From an uncultured Acidobacteriota bacterium (GTDB taxonomy: Bacteria > Acidobacteriota > Vicinamibacteria > Vicinamibacterales > 2-12-FULL-66-21): a stretch of 64,000 nt of DNA. The notes beneath the pieces are model-generated. The model did no database searches and was not told the DNA's origin. It saw nothing but the letters and a program-made list of their open reading frames with translations. Below, piece by piece: positions 17,300-26,910 of this stretch (position 1 is the stretch's first letter; every line of letters starts with the position of its first letter). The DNA lies in the NCBI GenBank assembly GCA_963740275.1, contig CAVUDT010000003.1, positions 205,898-269,897 of the forward strand. Direction: 5' to 3'. Position numbers and translations under genes: made by a program.

Positions 17300-18102
17300 G
17301 TTCCGCTCAGCGTGACGAGCAGCGGACGATGGTCGGAGACCCGGGTGTCGATGACTTCGGCGTGCGTGCAGCGCAGGCCGGCGGTCAGGAACAGGTAGTC
17401 GATTCGCTTGATCGGCTTGTCGGCGGGGTAGGTGAATCCATCGCCTGCCCCGCATTCCTTCCAGGCGTCGCGCAGGCCCGCGGCGATGATCCGCTCGTAA
17501 GGGGCGCTGCCCGGTTCGGCATTGAAATCGCCGCCGGCCGCAACCGGTCCCGCACCACGTGACAGCCGCCGCACCAGTTCGACAATGTGCGCCGATTCCT
17601 GCAACCGGTAAAGATCCTCGCGTGACGCGTCGAGGTGCGTGTTGATCAGCTGCAGCGGCCCGAGCCGGGTAGCGCTGGTGAGCAACAGGGCGGCGCGCGG
17701 TTCGTACGAGCCGCCGGAGCGTGCCTGCGGCGGCTCGATCGGCAGCGGCTCGGTTGCGGTGACGCCGATCCGCCCGCGTGAGAGAGCGGCGATCCCATAG
17801 AGCCCGCCGTCGTAGTCCAGCGATCGGCCAAACGCGGTGAAGTGTTTCGTGAGCTCGCCGAGCGCGGTCACCTGGTCGACCTTCCCCGACCGCTTCGTGC
17901 CGCGGTCCACTTCCTGGAGCAGCGCGATGTCGGCGGCGGTCCGGCGAACGAGCTCCGCGACCCCTTCGAGATTCGGCTGGCCGGCTGCATCCTTCCCGGC
18001 GTGGATGTTGAAGACCAGCACGCGGACGGACGGCCGTCCCCGCTCGGCCGACGCGCAGCCGGTCAACAGGATCAGCAGGCTGACCGCGGCTGCGGTCCTC
18101 AT
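17296..18102 (-). CDS. endonuclease/exonuclease/phosphatase (EEP) family lipoprotein
   Basis: Inside track ORF 17296..18159. ATG at 18100-18102 gives MRTAAAVSLLILLTGCAS (lipobox). Contains VLVFNIHAGKD, ALLQEVD and SDHRPLLVTL. ATGA overlap with the upstream stop. Confidence 0.8.
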   Translation of the reverse strand: MRTAAAVSLLILLTGCASAERGRPSVRVLVFNIHAGKDAAGQPNLEGVAELVRRTAADIALLQEVDRGTKRSGKVDQVTALGELTKHFTAFGRSLDYDGGLYGIAALSRGRIGVTATEPLPIEPPQARSGGSYEPRAALLLTSATRLGPLQLINTHLDASREDLYRLQESAHIVELVRRLSRGAGPVAAGGDFNAEPGSAPYERIIAAGLRDAWKECGAGDGFTYPADKPIKRIDYLFLTAGLRCTHAEVIDTRVSDHRPLLVTLSGT

Positions 18103-19598
18103 CGCGCGGTTGGTCGCGGCAGCTTCTCGTCGGTGATCGAGGCGTTGTAGATGAACCACGCGAGCACGATCGCATTCTGCTTGAGGTCCTCTTCGCGAAC
18201 GCGCTCGTAGGTGTCGACGTTGGTGTGGTGAGTGCGGACGTCGTAAGTGACGTAGTCCTGGACCGGATTGAATCCGGGAATACCCGCCTCCCGGAAGCTG
18301 ACGTGATCGGTGCTGCCGATGCCGGGGTCGACGTTGCGGCGGACGCCGAGGTCCTTGAGCGGCTGGATCCAGGTGTCGAACAACGCCTTCGCCGGTGCGC
18401 TGTTCTCGGCGTACCAGCCGTAGATCGGTCCGGCACCGGGATCCAGGTTGAGATACATCGCCAGCCGGTCACGGGCGGCGGCCTTGTCGGCGCCGGCATA
18501 GTGCATCCGGACGTGCGCGCGCGAGCCGAGCAACCCTTGCTCCTCGCCTCCCCACAGCGCGACACGGATGGTCCGCCGCGGCCGCGCCCCGACCGTCTTG
18601 AGAATGCGCATCGCCTCCATCGCGGCGGCGCTGCCGTCGGCGTTGTCGGTCGCCCCAGGAGCCGAGTGCCACGAATCGAGGTGGGCGCCGAGCAACACGA
18701 CTTCGTCCTTGAGTGCCGGATCGGTGCCGGGGATCTCCGCCAGGACGTTGTAGCTCCGGGTGTCGGCGGTGTGGAAGCGCCCCTGGACGTTCACCCGCAT
18801 CCTGACCGGCAGACCGCGTTCGACCATCCGGGCGATCATGTTGTAGTGCTCGGCGGCCAGCACGACCGAGGGCAGGGCGTTCTCTCCCTGGTCGCGGCCG
18901 AGCACGAACATGGTGCCGTGCTCGCCGGCGCTGGTGCGGATCATGACGCCGGGCTGCGCCTCGCGCACCAGCTGGGCGACGCGGTTTGCGTCTGCCTGGT
19001 TGGGATTGGCCTGACGCGGCATCGGCGGTGCGCCGATGCGAACCGCGGCCTCGCTGGTCGTCGGCTGCTCGCGGTCCTCGCGGACGAAGGCGCTCACCTG
19101 CGGTTGCCAGAGCACGATGCCGCCGGCGAGCCGGTCCTTCATCGCCGTGACCTCCGCCGCCGTCCGTCCGCCGACGTAGACCGGTGCGCCGACGAGCTCT
19201 CCCTTAGTTGAGGGAGACCATCCTTCGGGGAAACCGATCAGCGGCATGTAGCGCGGCTCGGTCATCTCGATGACGAACGCATCGAGGGTCCAGCCGCGGC
19301 CGAACTCGAAGGGCTCGAGCCGGGCGTTGGCGAGGCCGAACGAAGCCAGCGTCTCGCGCGACCAGTCGGCGGACGCCTTGTATTGCGGGCTGCCGGTGAG
19401 CCGGGGACCGATCGTCGTGACCAGGTGATCGAACAGCCGCATGACCTGCGAGCGTTCGAGCGCCTCGGTCCTGATCTGCTGCATCAGGTCCGCCTGCAGC
19501 AGGTCCGCCTGCAGCAGGTCCGCCTGAGCAGCGGGTCGAGCGAAGCCGGCGACGATCACGCCGGAAGTGAGGGCCAGTGCCGCCAATCGACGCATCAT
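18099..19598 (-). CDS. M28 family metallopeptidase
   Basis: Inside track ORF 18099..19658. Start gives MMRRLAALALTSGVIVAGFA. Contains LGAHLDSWHSAPGATDNADGSAAAMEAMR and WGGEEQGLLGS. The N-terminal region contains ADLLQ x3 from a 15-nt tandem repeat. Confidence 0.85.
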   Translation of the reverse strand: MMRRLAALALTSGVIVAGFARPAAQADLLQADLLQADLMQQIRTEALERSQVMRLFDHLVTTIGPRLTGSPQYKASADWSRETLASFGLANARLEPFEFGRGWTLDAFVIEMTEPRYMPLIGFPEGWSPSTKGELVGAPVYVGGRTAAEVTAMKDRLAGGIVLWQPQVSAFVREDREQPTTSEAAVRIGAPPMPRQANPNQADANRVAQLVREAQPGVMIRTSAGEHGTMFVLGRDQGENALPSVVLAAEHYNMIARMVERGLPVRMRVNVQGRFHTADTRSYNVLAEIPGTDPALKDEVVLLGAHLDSWHSAPGATDNADGSAAAMEAMRILKTVGARPRRTIRVALWGGEEQGLLGSRAHVRMHYAGADKAAARDRLAMYLNLDPGAGPIYGWYAENSAPAKALFDTWIQPLKDLGVRRNVDPGIGSTDHVSFREAGIPGFNPVQDYVTYDVRTHHTNVDTYERVREEDLKQNAIVLAWFIYNASITDEKLPRPTAR

Positions 19599-19612
19599 GG
19601 CGGCGATTATAG

Positions 19613-20324
19613 TTACTGGATCAGTCGCGGCGGTAGCGTGATGACCGAGATCTCCCACTTCTTTCCGCCGTTCTTGCGCTCGGCGACGGCGATCAGCCGC
19701 CCATCGTCCGACCAGGCGGGAAGCGTGAACTCGCCGCGCAGGATCCGTTGCGGATCCCGCCCGTCGGCGTGCACGACCCAGAGATCACCCTTGCTGTCCA
19801 CGTAAGCGAGGCGATTCAGCTCGGGCGGCGACCACGACCACAGCTCACCCTCGTATGGCGCGATCGTCCCATGACGTTCGTGCAGGACGAGCGAGCCCAG
19901 CTTCACCGTGTGCAGCACCTGCGTGCCTCCCATGTTGTGGGCGTCGGCCATCCGCTGCTCCTGGCTGGCGATGCCGTACATCGGCATCTTCTCGTCCTTC
20001 CCGATCGTGATCTTGCCGAGCCCGGTGGGGCTGGTGGACCGCGACTTGGTGTCCCAGTACTTCGCCGATCCCGGCGTGTGCTCGGTGCGCTGCTCGAGCC
20101 GGATGTCTTTCGCCGGGGTCACGAAATACTGGGCCTCGAGCTCCCCGGAGGGTCGGGCGAACACCCCTTGCAGAATGAGCAGGCCGCCGTCCCAGGTGAT
20201 CTCCGAGACCACGCCACCCTTGAGCTGTTCCGACGTGATCGTGACGACCAGCTGCTTCTCCGCGGTCTGCGCGTACGCAGCGCCAGGCGACCGCCAGCAC
20301 GGCGAGTAGAAGGATGGTGCGCAT
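19613..20324 (-). pseudogene. hypothetical exported protein with a TolB-like C-terminal repeat; one extra base inside the signal-peptide region (about 20283-20290)
   Basis: ATG 20322-20324 (track ORF 19845..20324) gives MRTILLLAVLAVA. The body (track ORF 19613..20359) reads ..GAAYAQTAEKQLVVTITSEQ... Removing one base joins them as MRTILLLAVLAVAGAAYAQ|TAEK, a clean signal peptide. Confidence 0.6.
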
Positions 20325-20376
20325 GCGCGAAGCTTAGGCCCAAGCCGCCCGGTCTGCAACTGCTATAGTCGGCGCC

Positions 20377-21291
20377 ATGAAGATCGCTGTTCTGGCCATT
20401 TGCGTAGCGCTTTCGCAGACCCAGCGGCCCGCCGGCCCGCCGCCGACGGAGGTGTTCCTGGCCCCGCTGACGGTCGAGGGGGGAAGCTCAAGGTCGGCAG
20501 CCCGCAGAACATTTCCAACAGTCCCGGCTACGACAACCAGCCCACCTTCACCCCTGACGGCCGGGCGCTGCTGTTCACCTCGGCTCGCGGCGAGGTCTCG
20601 TCGAAATGCGGCAGCCCGCAAACCGACATCTACCGGTTCGAGCTCCAGGGCCGGACGCCTGACGCGGGTTACCGAAACCGGCGATTGCGAGTACTCACCG
20701 ACCGTCACCCCGGACGGCCGGCACATCTCGGTCATCCAGGTCGAGCCCGACGGCACGCAGCGGCTGTGGCGTTTCACGAGCGACGGCAAGGAGCCGGTCG
20801 TGGTCCTGAAAGACGTGAAGCCGGTCGGTTATCACGCGTGGCTCGATGACCAGACGCTCGCGCTGTTCGTGCTGGGTCAGCCGGCGACGCTTCAGGTCGC
20901 GCGGACGACGACGGGCACGGCCGAGACCGTGGCCAGCAACATCGGGCAGTCGATACAGAAAATGCCGGACGGCGGCGTCAGCTTCGTCCAGCAGGCAGGG
21001 GAGGGAACCGCCCGCACGCTCACCGTGACGCAGTTGAAGATGGAAAACGGGAAGGCGGCGCTGAAGCCACTCACGCCGGTGGTTCAGGGCGCGACCCAGG
21101 CCCACGTCGCGTGGACGCCGGACGGAACCCTGCTGATGGCACACGCGGACACGCTATATGCGTGGAAGGCCGGCGCGGCGGAATGGCGCCCGGTGGCGGA
21201 TCTCGCCGCGCTCGGTGTGCGCAACGTCACCCGCCTGGCGGTGAGCCCGAAAGCGGATCTGATCGCGATCGTGGGGACGGCCGGCCAGTAG
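20377..21291 (+). pseudogene. TolB-like beta-propeller protein; two frame breaks (G-run 20478-20483 and about 20658)
   Basis: The sensible path is MKIAVLAICVAL...LTVEGG (track 20377 frame), then KLKVGSPQNISNSPGYDNQPTFTPDGRALLFTS...IYRFELQGRT (track 20400 frame), then LTRVTETGDCEYSPTVTPDGRHISVIQ... (20377 frame). The PD40-type motifs are readable only along this path. Confidence 0.7.
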
Positions 21292-21336
21292 TCCCTCATC
21301 CCGGGATCCTGACCGGCCGTGGTCTTACGTGGTGTC

Positions 21337-21723
21337 TTACGCGGTCGGGATCTTCAAGACCTGGCCCGGCTTGATCTTGTCCGGGTCGCTCAACTGATCC
21401 TTGTTGGCATCGAAGATCTTCATGTAGGCATTGGCATCGCCGAGATGTTGCTTGGCGATCTTGCTCAACGTGTCGCCTGACTGCACCGTGTAGGTCTTCG
21501 CAGCCTGGGCTCCGGCCGCCGGCCCGCCCTTGACCGAGATCTCGGCCACCACGTCGTCCTTCCAGGTCGGAATCGTTTTGATGGCGTTCCAGAGCTCGTT
21601 CTTCTCATCCTCGGTTTTCACCGAGCCGACAAAGTGCAGCTTGCCGTCGCGTTCCTGTGCACTGCCGTCGAATTTCCCTTTTGCCACCGAGATTGCGTAC
21701 GCGTAGGTGTCTCGAAGTCCCAT
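21337..21723 (-). CDS. LysM peptidoglycan-binding protein, YgaU/Kbp-like
   Basis: Track ORF of 128 aa. The C-terminal LysM YTVQSGDTLSKIAKQHLGDANAYMKIFDANKDQLSDPDKIKPGQVLKIP closely parallels E. coli YgaU. The N-terminal half is BON-like. Confidence 0.85.
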   Translation of the reverse strand: MGLRDTYAYAISVAKGKFDGSAQERDGKLHFVGSVKTEDEKNELWNAIKTIPTWKDDVVAEISVKGGPAAGAQAAKTYTVQSGDTLSKIAKQHLGDANAYMKIFDANKDQLSDPDKIKPGQVLKIPTA

Positions 21724-21758
21724 CTGTCTGCCTCCAAACCGCTAATCGCGTGCAAGGG

Positions 21759-22184
21759 ATGAGCCGCAACCCGGTTGGGTATACTGGTCTGCCTGTGAGC
21801 CATGGGACCGTCAGGGTCTTGCTCGTCGAGGATGACCGCGCCGGCCGGCGGCTGTACGCCGAATGGCTGACCCAGGCCGGCTACGCCGTCGTCGAAGCTC
21901 ATAACGGCCGGCAGGCGCTCGAACTGGCTTTCGAAACGGTCCCGGACGTGGTCGTCACCGACCTCCACATTCCGGGAATCGATGGGTTCGAGCTCACGCG
22001 CCGGCTCAAGCAGGACGCGCGGACCCGGGCCATCCCGGTGCTGGCGGTGACCGGTTACGCGGCGTTTGCCTCGGACCCCGGTCGAGCTCGGAGGGCGGGG
22101 TGTGACGCAGTGCTCGAAAAGCCCTGCTCGCCGGAAGATCTGGAGGCGAGGGTGCGTGACTTGTTGAATCCGGCCAGGAAATGA
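21759..22184 (+). CDS. single-domain CheY-like response regulator (1 of 3)
   Basis: Inside track ORF 21657..22184. Start is ATG 21759, with an alternative GTG at 21795. Contains VRVLLVEDD, VVVTDLHIPGIDGFEL and EKPCSPEDL. Confidence 0.8.
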   Translation: MSRNPVGYTGLPVSHGTVRVLLVEDDRAGRRLYAEWLTQAGYAVVEAHNGRQALELAFETVPDVVVTDLHIPGIDGFELTRRLKQDARTRAIPVLAVTGYAAFASDPGRARRAGCDAVLEKPCSPEDLEARVRDLLNPARK

Positions 22185-22585
22185 CCACAGCCGCAGACCC
22201 CCCGACTCGCACCACCGTGTTGCTGGTGGAGGATCACGCCGATACCCGCTTCATGTTCGCGGAGTTCCTGCGCGCCGATTTCACCGTGTTCGAGGCCGGG
22301 GACGGAGTCGGCGCCCTCGAGGTGATGGCGCAGACCCGGCCGGACGTGGTGGTCACCGACCTCGCCCTCCCGAGGATGGACGGGTTCGAGCTGCTTGCCA
22401 GGATTCGGGCCGACGCCCGGTTCCGTGATGTGCCGGTGATTGCCCTCAGCGGGTTCACCGGAACCGCGCATGAATCCCGGGCCCTCGCTGCCGGCGCCAC
22501 CCGGGTGATCGAGAAGCCCTGTCTGCCGGACGCCCTGGCCGAAGCTGTAGGTCTGGCGGCCCGGAGCCGAAAAGAGGGCCGATGA
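22181..22585 (+). CDS. single-domain CheY-like response regulator (2 of 3)
   Basis: Track ORF of 134 aa. Contains TVLLVEDHADTR, VVVTDLALPRMDGFEL and EKPCLPDAL. ATGA overlap with the previous gene. It is a paralogue of gene 1. Confidence 0.85.
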   Translation: MTTAADPPTRTTVLLVEDHADTRFMFAEFLRADFTVFEAGDGVGALEVMAQTRPDVVVTDLALPRMDGFELLARIRADARFRDVPVIALSGFTGTAHESRALAAGATRVIEKPCLPDALAEAVGLAARSRKEGR

Positions 22586-22944
22586 GCTCACCGACAGTCT
22601 TTATCATCGAGGATGACGTGGACACCCGGGACATGCTGGCCAAGTTCCTGGAGCTCGAGGGCTATCACGTCGAACTCGCGGCCAACGGCCGCCAGGCACT
22701 GGACATTCTGCAGGAGGGCACCACGGCCTGCGTCATCGTGCTGGACCTGATGATGCCGGTCATGGACGGCTGGGAATTCCGCCGCCGCCAGATCGAAGAC
22801 GCCCGTCTCAAACAGATCCCGACCATCGTCGTCTCTGCGGCAGGGCGCGAGCGCCTGAAGCAGGTCAACGCTGATGCCTACCTGTCGAAGCCAGTCGACA
22901 TGGACGAACTGCTGCAGCGGGTTTCACAGTTCTGCGCGATCTAG
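22582..22944 (+). CDS. single-domain CheY-like response regulator (3 of 3)
   Basis: Track ORF of 120 aa. Contains TVFIIEDDVDTRD, VIVLDLMMPVMDGWEF and SKPVDMDEL. ATGA overlap with the previous gene. Confidence 0.85.
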   Translation: MSSPTVFIIEDDVDTRDMLAKFLELEGYHVELAANGRQALDILQEGTTACVIVLDLMMPVMDGWEFRRRQIEDARLKQIPTIVVSAAGRERLKQVNADAYLSKPVDMDELLQRVSQFCAI

Positions 22945-23001
22945 GCGGCCGCGCGGATCTCGCGTCTTCCTTCTGGCCCCGCTCTTTTCTGACCGCCCCG
23001 A

Positions 23002-24779
23002 CTACTTGCGCGCCGGCTTTCTGGCGGTCGTCTTCGCGGCCTGGCCCTTGCCCTCGATCCCCTTGCTGCTGTCCGGCTTGACGGTGGTGGCCGCGACCGC
23101 CGCCTCGCCGCTCTTCCGCAGGCGCTCGAGCCGGTCGGCGAGCCGTGCGGACAACCGTCCATCGACGTCGTAAACGTCCCTGCGGAACTGCGCCGTGCCG
23201 TCGGCGTGAACCCGCGCGGTCCAGTATCCAAGGTAGACCGGGATCGCCGACTTCAGCTTGACGGTCTTCTCTTCTCCCGCGTGCATCGCTTCATCGATGC
23301 GCGCGCGGTCCCACTCCGGCTGGTCGCGCAGGACGTATTGCGCCAGCGCCACCGGATCCTCTACCCGGACGCAGCCGTGGCTGAACGAACGCGCCGCGCG
23401 CGCGAAGAGCGAGTCAGCCGGCGTGTCGTGCAGGTAGACGTCGAACTGGTTCGGGAACATGAACTTCACGAGCCCGAGAGAGTTGTCGGTTCCGGGCCGC
23501 TGCCGGAACCGGTAGGCGCCGGCGTTCTCCAGGTCGATCGACTCCGGATCGACGACGTTGCCCGAGGCGTCGAGCACCTCCATGTTGTTGCGCGCGAGAA
23601 ACCCGGGATCGTTGACGACCGAGGGCAGCGTCTCTCCCTCGGCGATCCCCGGCGGCACGTTCCAGTAGGGGCTGAACACCAGGTAGGTCATCTCGTCGTT
23701 GAAGATCGGCGTCTGGGTATCGGACTTTCCGACGACCACGCGCATCGTCAGCGGGGCACGCTCACCTTCGTAGACGTCCAGCCGCATCTCGGGGATGTTG
23801 ACCAGGATGTAGCGATTGCCAAGGTCGCGCGGGAGCCACCGCCAGCGTTCCATGTTCAACGCGATCTGCCGGACCCGCCGGTCGATCGGCACGTTGAGCG
23901 CCGCGATCACTTCAGGCGCCGAGCGCCCCGTCGTCGGTGAGGCCGTGGCGCCGCTGGAAGCCCTTTACCGCCTCCTGGAGCTCCGGCGTGTATCGCGCCG
24001 CAGCGGTCGCCTCGGGCACGGCACCCTTGTAGTCGCCCGACGCCGCGAGACGTCGCGCGAGCGCGGCGACGTGCGCGCCCGACTGTCCGGGCTTCAGCTT
24101 CATGTTCGGCACCGCCGGCCAGCCCCCCTTCGCCTGCTGATCCCGGTACTGCCGCAGAAGGGTCCTCAGCCGGTCGGTACTCTCCGGTGCGGGGCTTCAA
24201 GTCGGCGAGCGATTCCTGAATCCTGTTTTCCCCAAGCGCCTTTTCGAGGTGGGCCCTGGCGTCGAACTTCTCGGGCTTGATCTTCCAGGCGGTGTCGGCC
24301 TGAGAGAGGTCCGAGAGGCCATCGGCCAGGTCGGACGCGTACTTCATATAGAGGTAGGTGAGCCAGACGTCGAGCGCGCCAGCCTCCCGGGGGTCAAAAC
24401 CCTTCTCCGTGAGAAAGCCCCGCGAGGCCTCCTTCCGCCGCGCCTCGAGCATGCCGACGTTGTACAGCTCGGGGTCGAGCCCTTCGTGATCCGCTTCTCG
24501 CAGCGCGCGGGTGAGGGCGTCGATCTGCGGCCGCGGCTTGGCGTTCTCGATCCAGGCGCTGGAGAAGCTGCGCGCCTGGTAGAACGCCCGCGTCTGCTTC
24601 CACAATTTCGAGCCTTCCGGGTCCAGCTTTGCGTAGGCGGCCGGTGCGGCGGAGACGACGGCGCGGAGTGACTCGTGCATCTCGCGTTCGCGATCGGGAG
24701 ACCCGAGCTGGATCCGGGCGCAGCCCACGACGATGGCGAGGAAGAGGGCGACGAGCGCACCGTAGTGCTTCAGGCTCAT
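23002..24779 (-). pseudogene. YcbB/LdtD-like L,D-transpeptidase (N-terminal domain, PG_binding_1, YkuD); at least two frame breaks (about 24185-24195 and 23914-23920)
   Basis: The path is track 23907..24779 up to ESLADLKP, then the +1 frame PAPESTDRLRTLLRQYRDQQAKGGWPAVPNMKLKPGQSGAHVAALARRLAASGDY...FQRRHGLTDDGALG (track 23912..24112), then PEVIAALNVPIDRRVRQIALNMERWRW...SFSHGCVRV (track 23002..23910). Confidence 0.8.
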
Positions 24780-24875
24780 GTAGGATGGCCGAGCAAACCG
24801 AATGCCGGGCAGCCGATCGGTGGAAGTCTTTGTTCCAATGAGGCTTGGCTCGAGTTTCAGTGTACCGGTCGGCGA

Positions 24876-26105
24876 GTGTGGCGTTGGTTACATACAAAAA
24901 GAAGGGCTCTGGTCGTTTTTCGGCGAGTTACTTCGGAGATCGCCGACGCCAACTTTCAGGCGGCGGCGCTGCTCTACGACATGGCCGCGCTGCAACCGAC
25001 CGAACGGAGCCAGTTCGGCTACAAGCGGGCCGCCAAGGCGATCATGCGGCTCCCGGTCGCGGTCTCCGACCTCGTGGCCGCCGGCACCCTGCGCGAGGTG
25101 CCCTTCGTCGGCCCGGCGAGCGAACGGATCGTCACCGAGTTCGTCAGGACCGGCGCCTCCTCCACCCTCGACGCCGCCATTGTCAAGACGGGGAAGCAGG
25201 CAGTCGTTGCCGCTCGCCGGGAGCTGCGCGACGGATACCTCAGTCACTCGGTGCTGGCCCAGGCCCTCGCGGCCCCCGCGCCTCCCGGCGTCGTCGGCAA
25301 GGGGGACTATCGCGGCGACTTCCAGATGCACTCGACCTGGAGCGACGGCGCCGAGCGCATCGCCACGATGGCCGGCGCCGCGATGGAGCTCGGGCACACC
25401 TGCCTCGGCATCACCGATCACTCGTACGGGCTGCCGATTGCGCGCGGGATCTCGATGGAGCAGGCGGCGAAGCAGTGGGCCGAGATCGACCAGTTGAACG
25501 CCACGTATGAGGGGCGCTTCCGCGTGTTCAAGGGGATCGAGGCGAACATTCTCGCCGACGGCAGCCTCGACGTGCAGCCTGACGAGCGGGCGCTGTTCGA
25601 GTTCGTGGTCGCATCGCCGCACTCGCTCCTGCGGCGGAGCGAGGACCAGACCGCGCGGATGGTCGCCGCCGTCCGGGCGAGCGGCGTGGCGATCCTCGGG
25701 CATCCTCGCGGCCGCATGTTCAACAGCCGTCCCGGCATTGCGGCCGACTGGGACGCGGTGTTCGCACAGGCGGCAAAGCTCGGGGTGGCGATCGAGCTGG
25801 ACGGGAACTGGCACCGGCAGGACATCGACTACCTGCTGGCGAAGCGGGCGCTCGACGCCGGGTGCCTGTTCGCGCTCGACAGCGACGCGCACTCGACCGG
25901 TGAGCTGCGGTTCAGCGATTACGCGATCGCCCACGCACGGCTCGCCGGCGTCCCCGCCGAGCGGGTCGTCAACTGCTGGCCGGACGAGCGGCTGGAGGAG
26001 TGGATGCGGGAGCGCCACGGACGGCGCGGAAGTACCGCGAAGCCGGCGCGTGCCCGACGTGCTGTGCGACCGCCGCCGAAGCCTCGACGATCGCCTCGAG
26101 GCTGA
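24876..26105 (+). CDS. PHP-domain protein (PolX-like HhH region plus PHP phosphoesterase); N- and C-termini uncertain
   Basis: Inside track ORF 24675..26105. Contains GDFQMHSTWSDG, GITDHSYG, VASPHS, ILGHPRG and LDSDAHS. Start candidates are GTG 24876 or ATG 24981. The last about 45 codons overlap the convergent HMG-CoA lyase gene and are Arg/Pro-rich. Confidence 0.7.
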   Translation: MWRWLHTKRRALVVFRRVTSEIADANFQAAALLYDMAALQPTERSQFGYKRAAKAIMRLPVAVSDLVAAGTLREVPFVGPASERIVTEFVRTGASSTLDAAIVKTGKQAVVAARRELRDGYLSHSVLAQALAAPAPPGVVGKGDYRGDFQMHSTWSDGAERIATMAGAAMELGHTCLGITDHSYGLPIARGISMEQAAKQWAEIDQLNATYEGRFRVFKGIEANILADGSLDVQPDERALFEFVVASPHSLLRRSEDQTARMVAAVRASGVAILGHPRGRMFNSRPGIAADWDAVFAQAAKLGVAIELDGNWHRQDIDYLLAKRALDAGCLFALDSDAHSTGELRFSDYAIAHARLAGVPAERVVNCWPDERLEEWMRERHGRRGSTAKPARARRAVRPPPKPRRSPRG

Positions 26106-26910
26106 TCCCGGTTTCGATCTCGAGCCCGTTCAGCATGTAGATCAGGTCCTCGGAAGCGAGATTGCCGGTGGCGCCCGGCGCGTACGGGCAGCCCCCGAGA
26201 CCACCCGCCGAGGAGTCGAAGGTCGCCACGCCCAGCTCCAGCGCCGCCAGGACGTTGGCCAGGGCAGTGCCGCGCGTGTCGTGGAAGTGAAGCGCGATCC
26301 GGTCGAGGGGAATCCGCTTGTTGACGGCTCCGACGACAACCGGCACCTGTCCAGGATGAGCGATCCCGATGGTGTCGCTCACCGAGACCTCGTACGCCCC
26401 CATACCGATCAGCGCCTCGGCAACGGAGGCGACCCGCTCGGGATCGACCGCCCCTTCGAACGGGCAGCCGAACGCGGTCGAAAGGTACGCGCGCACCCGG
26501 ATGCCCAGCGCCGCGGCGCGTTCACACACCGCACGATAGGTCGCCAGCGACGCGTCGATCGTCTGGTTGATGTTGCGCTGGCTGAAGCTCTCTGATGCCG
26601 CGGCGAAGATCGCGACCTCGGTCAGGCCGGCCGCCTGCGCCCGCTCGAGGCCGGCAAGGTTGGGGACCAGCGCCGTATAGCGCGTACCCGGCCGCCGGGT
26701 GATGCCGGCGCACACCTCGGCGGCATCGGCCATCTGCGGTACCCACTTCGGGCTTACGAACGCCGTGACTTCGATCACCGGACAAGCGGCGGCGCTGAGC
26801 GCATCGACGAAGGCGATCTTCGCATCGGTGCTGACGTTGGCCGGCTCGTTCTGCAGGCCGTCCCGCGGCCCGACCTCGACGACCGTCACCCGATGCGGGC
26901 GCGCGCTCAT
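25969..26910 (-). CDS. hydroxymethylglutaryl-CoA lyase
   Basis: Track ORF of 313 aa. Contains VEVGPRDGLQNE, SFSQRNIN, ALHFHDTRGTALANV and FDSSAGGLGGCPYAPGATGN. ATGA-type overlap with the MCC alpha stop. Confidence 0.9.
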   Translation of the reverse strand: MSARPHRVTVVEVGPRDGLQNEPANVSTDAKIAFVDALSAAACPVIEVTAFVSPKWVPQMADAAEVCAGITRRPGTRYTALVPNLAGLERAQAAGLTEVAIFAAASESFSQRNINQTIDASLATYRAVCERAAALGIRVRAYLSTAFGCPFEGAVDPERVASVAEALIGMGAYEVSVSDTIGIAHPGQVPVVVGAVNKRIPLDRIALHFHDTRGTALANVLAALELGVATFDSSAGGLGGCPYAPGATGNLASEDLIYMLNGLEIETGISLEAIVEASAAVAQHVGHAPASRYFRAVRGAPASTPPAARPASS

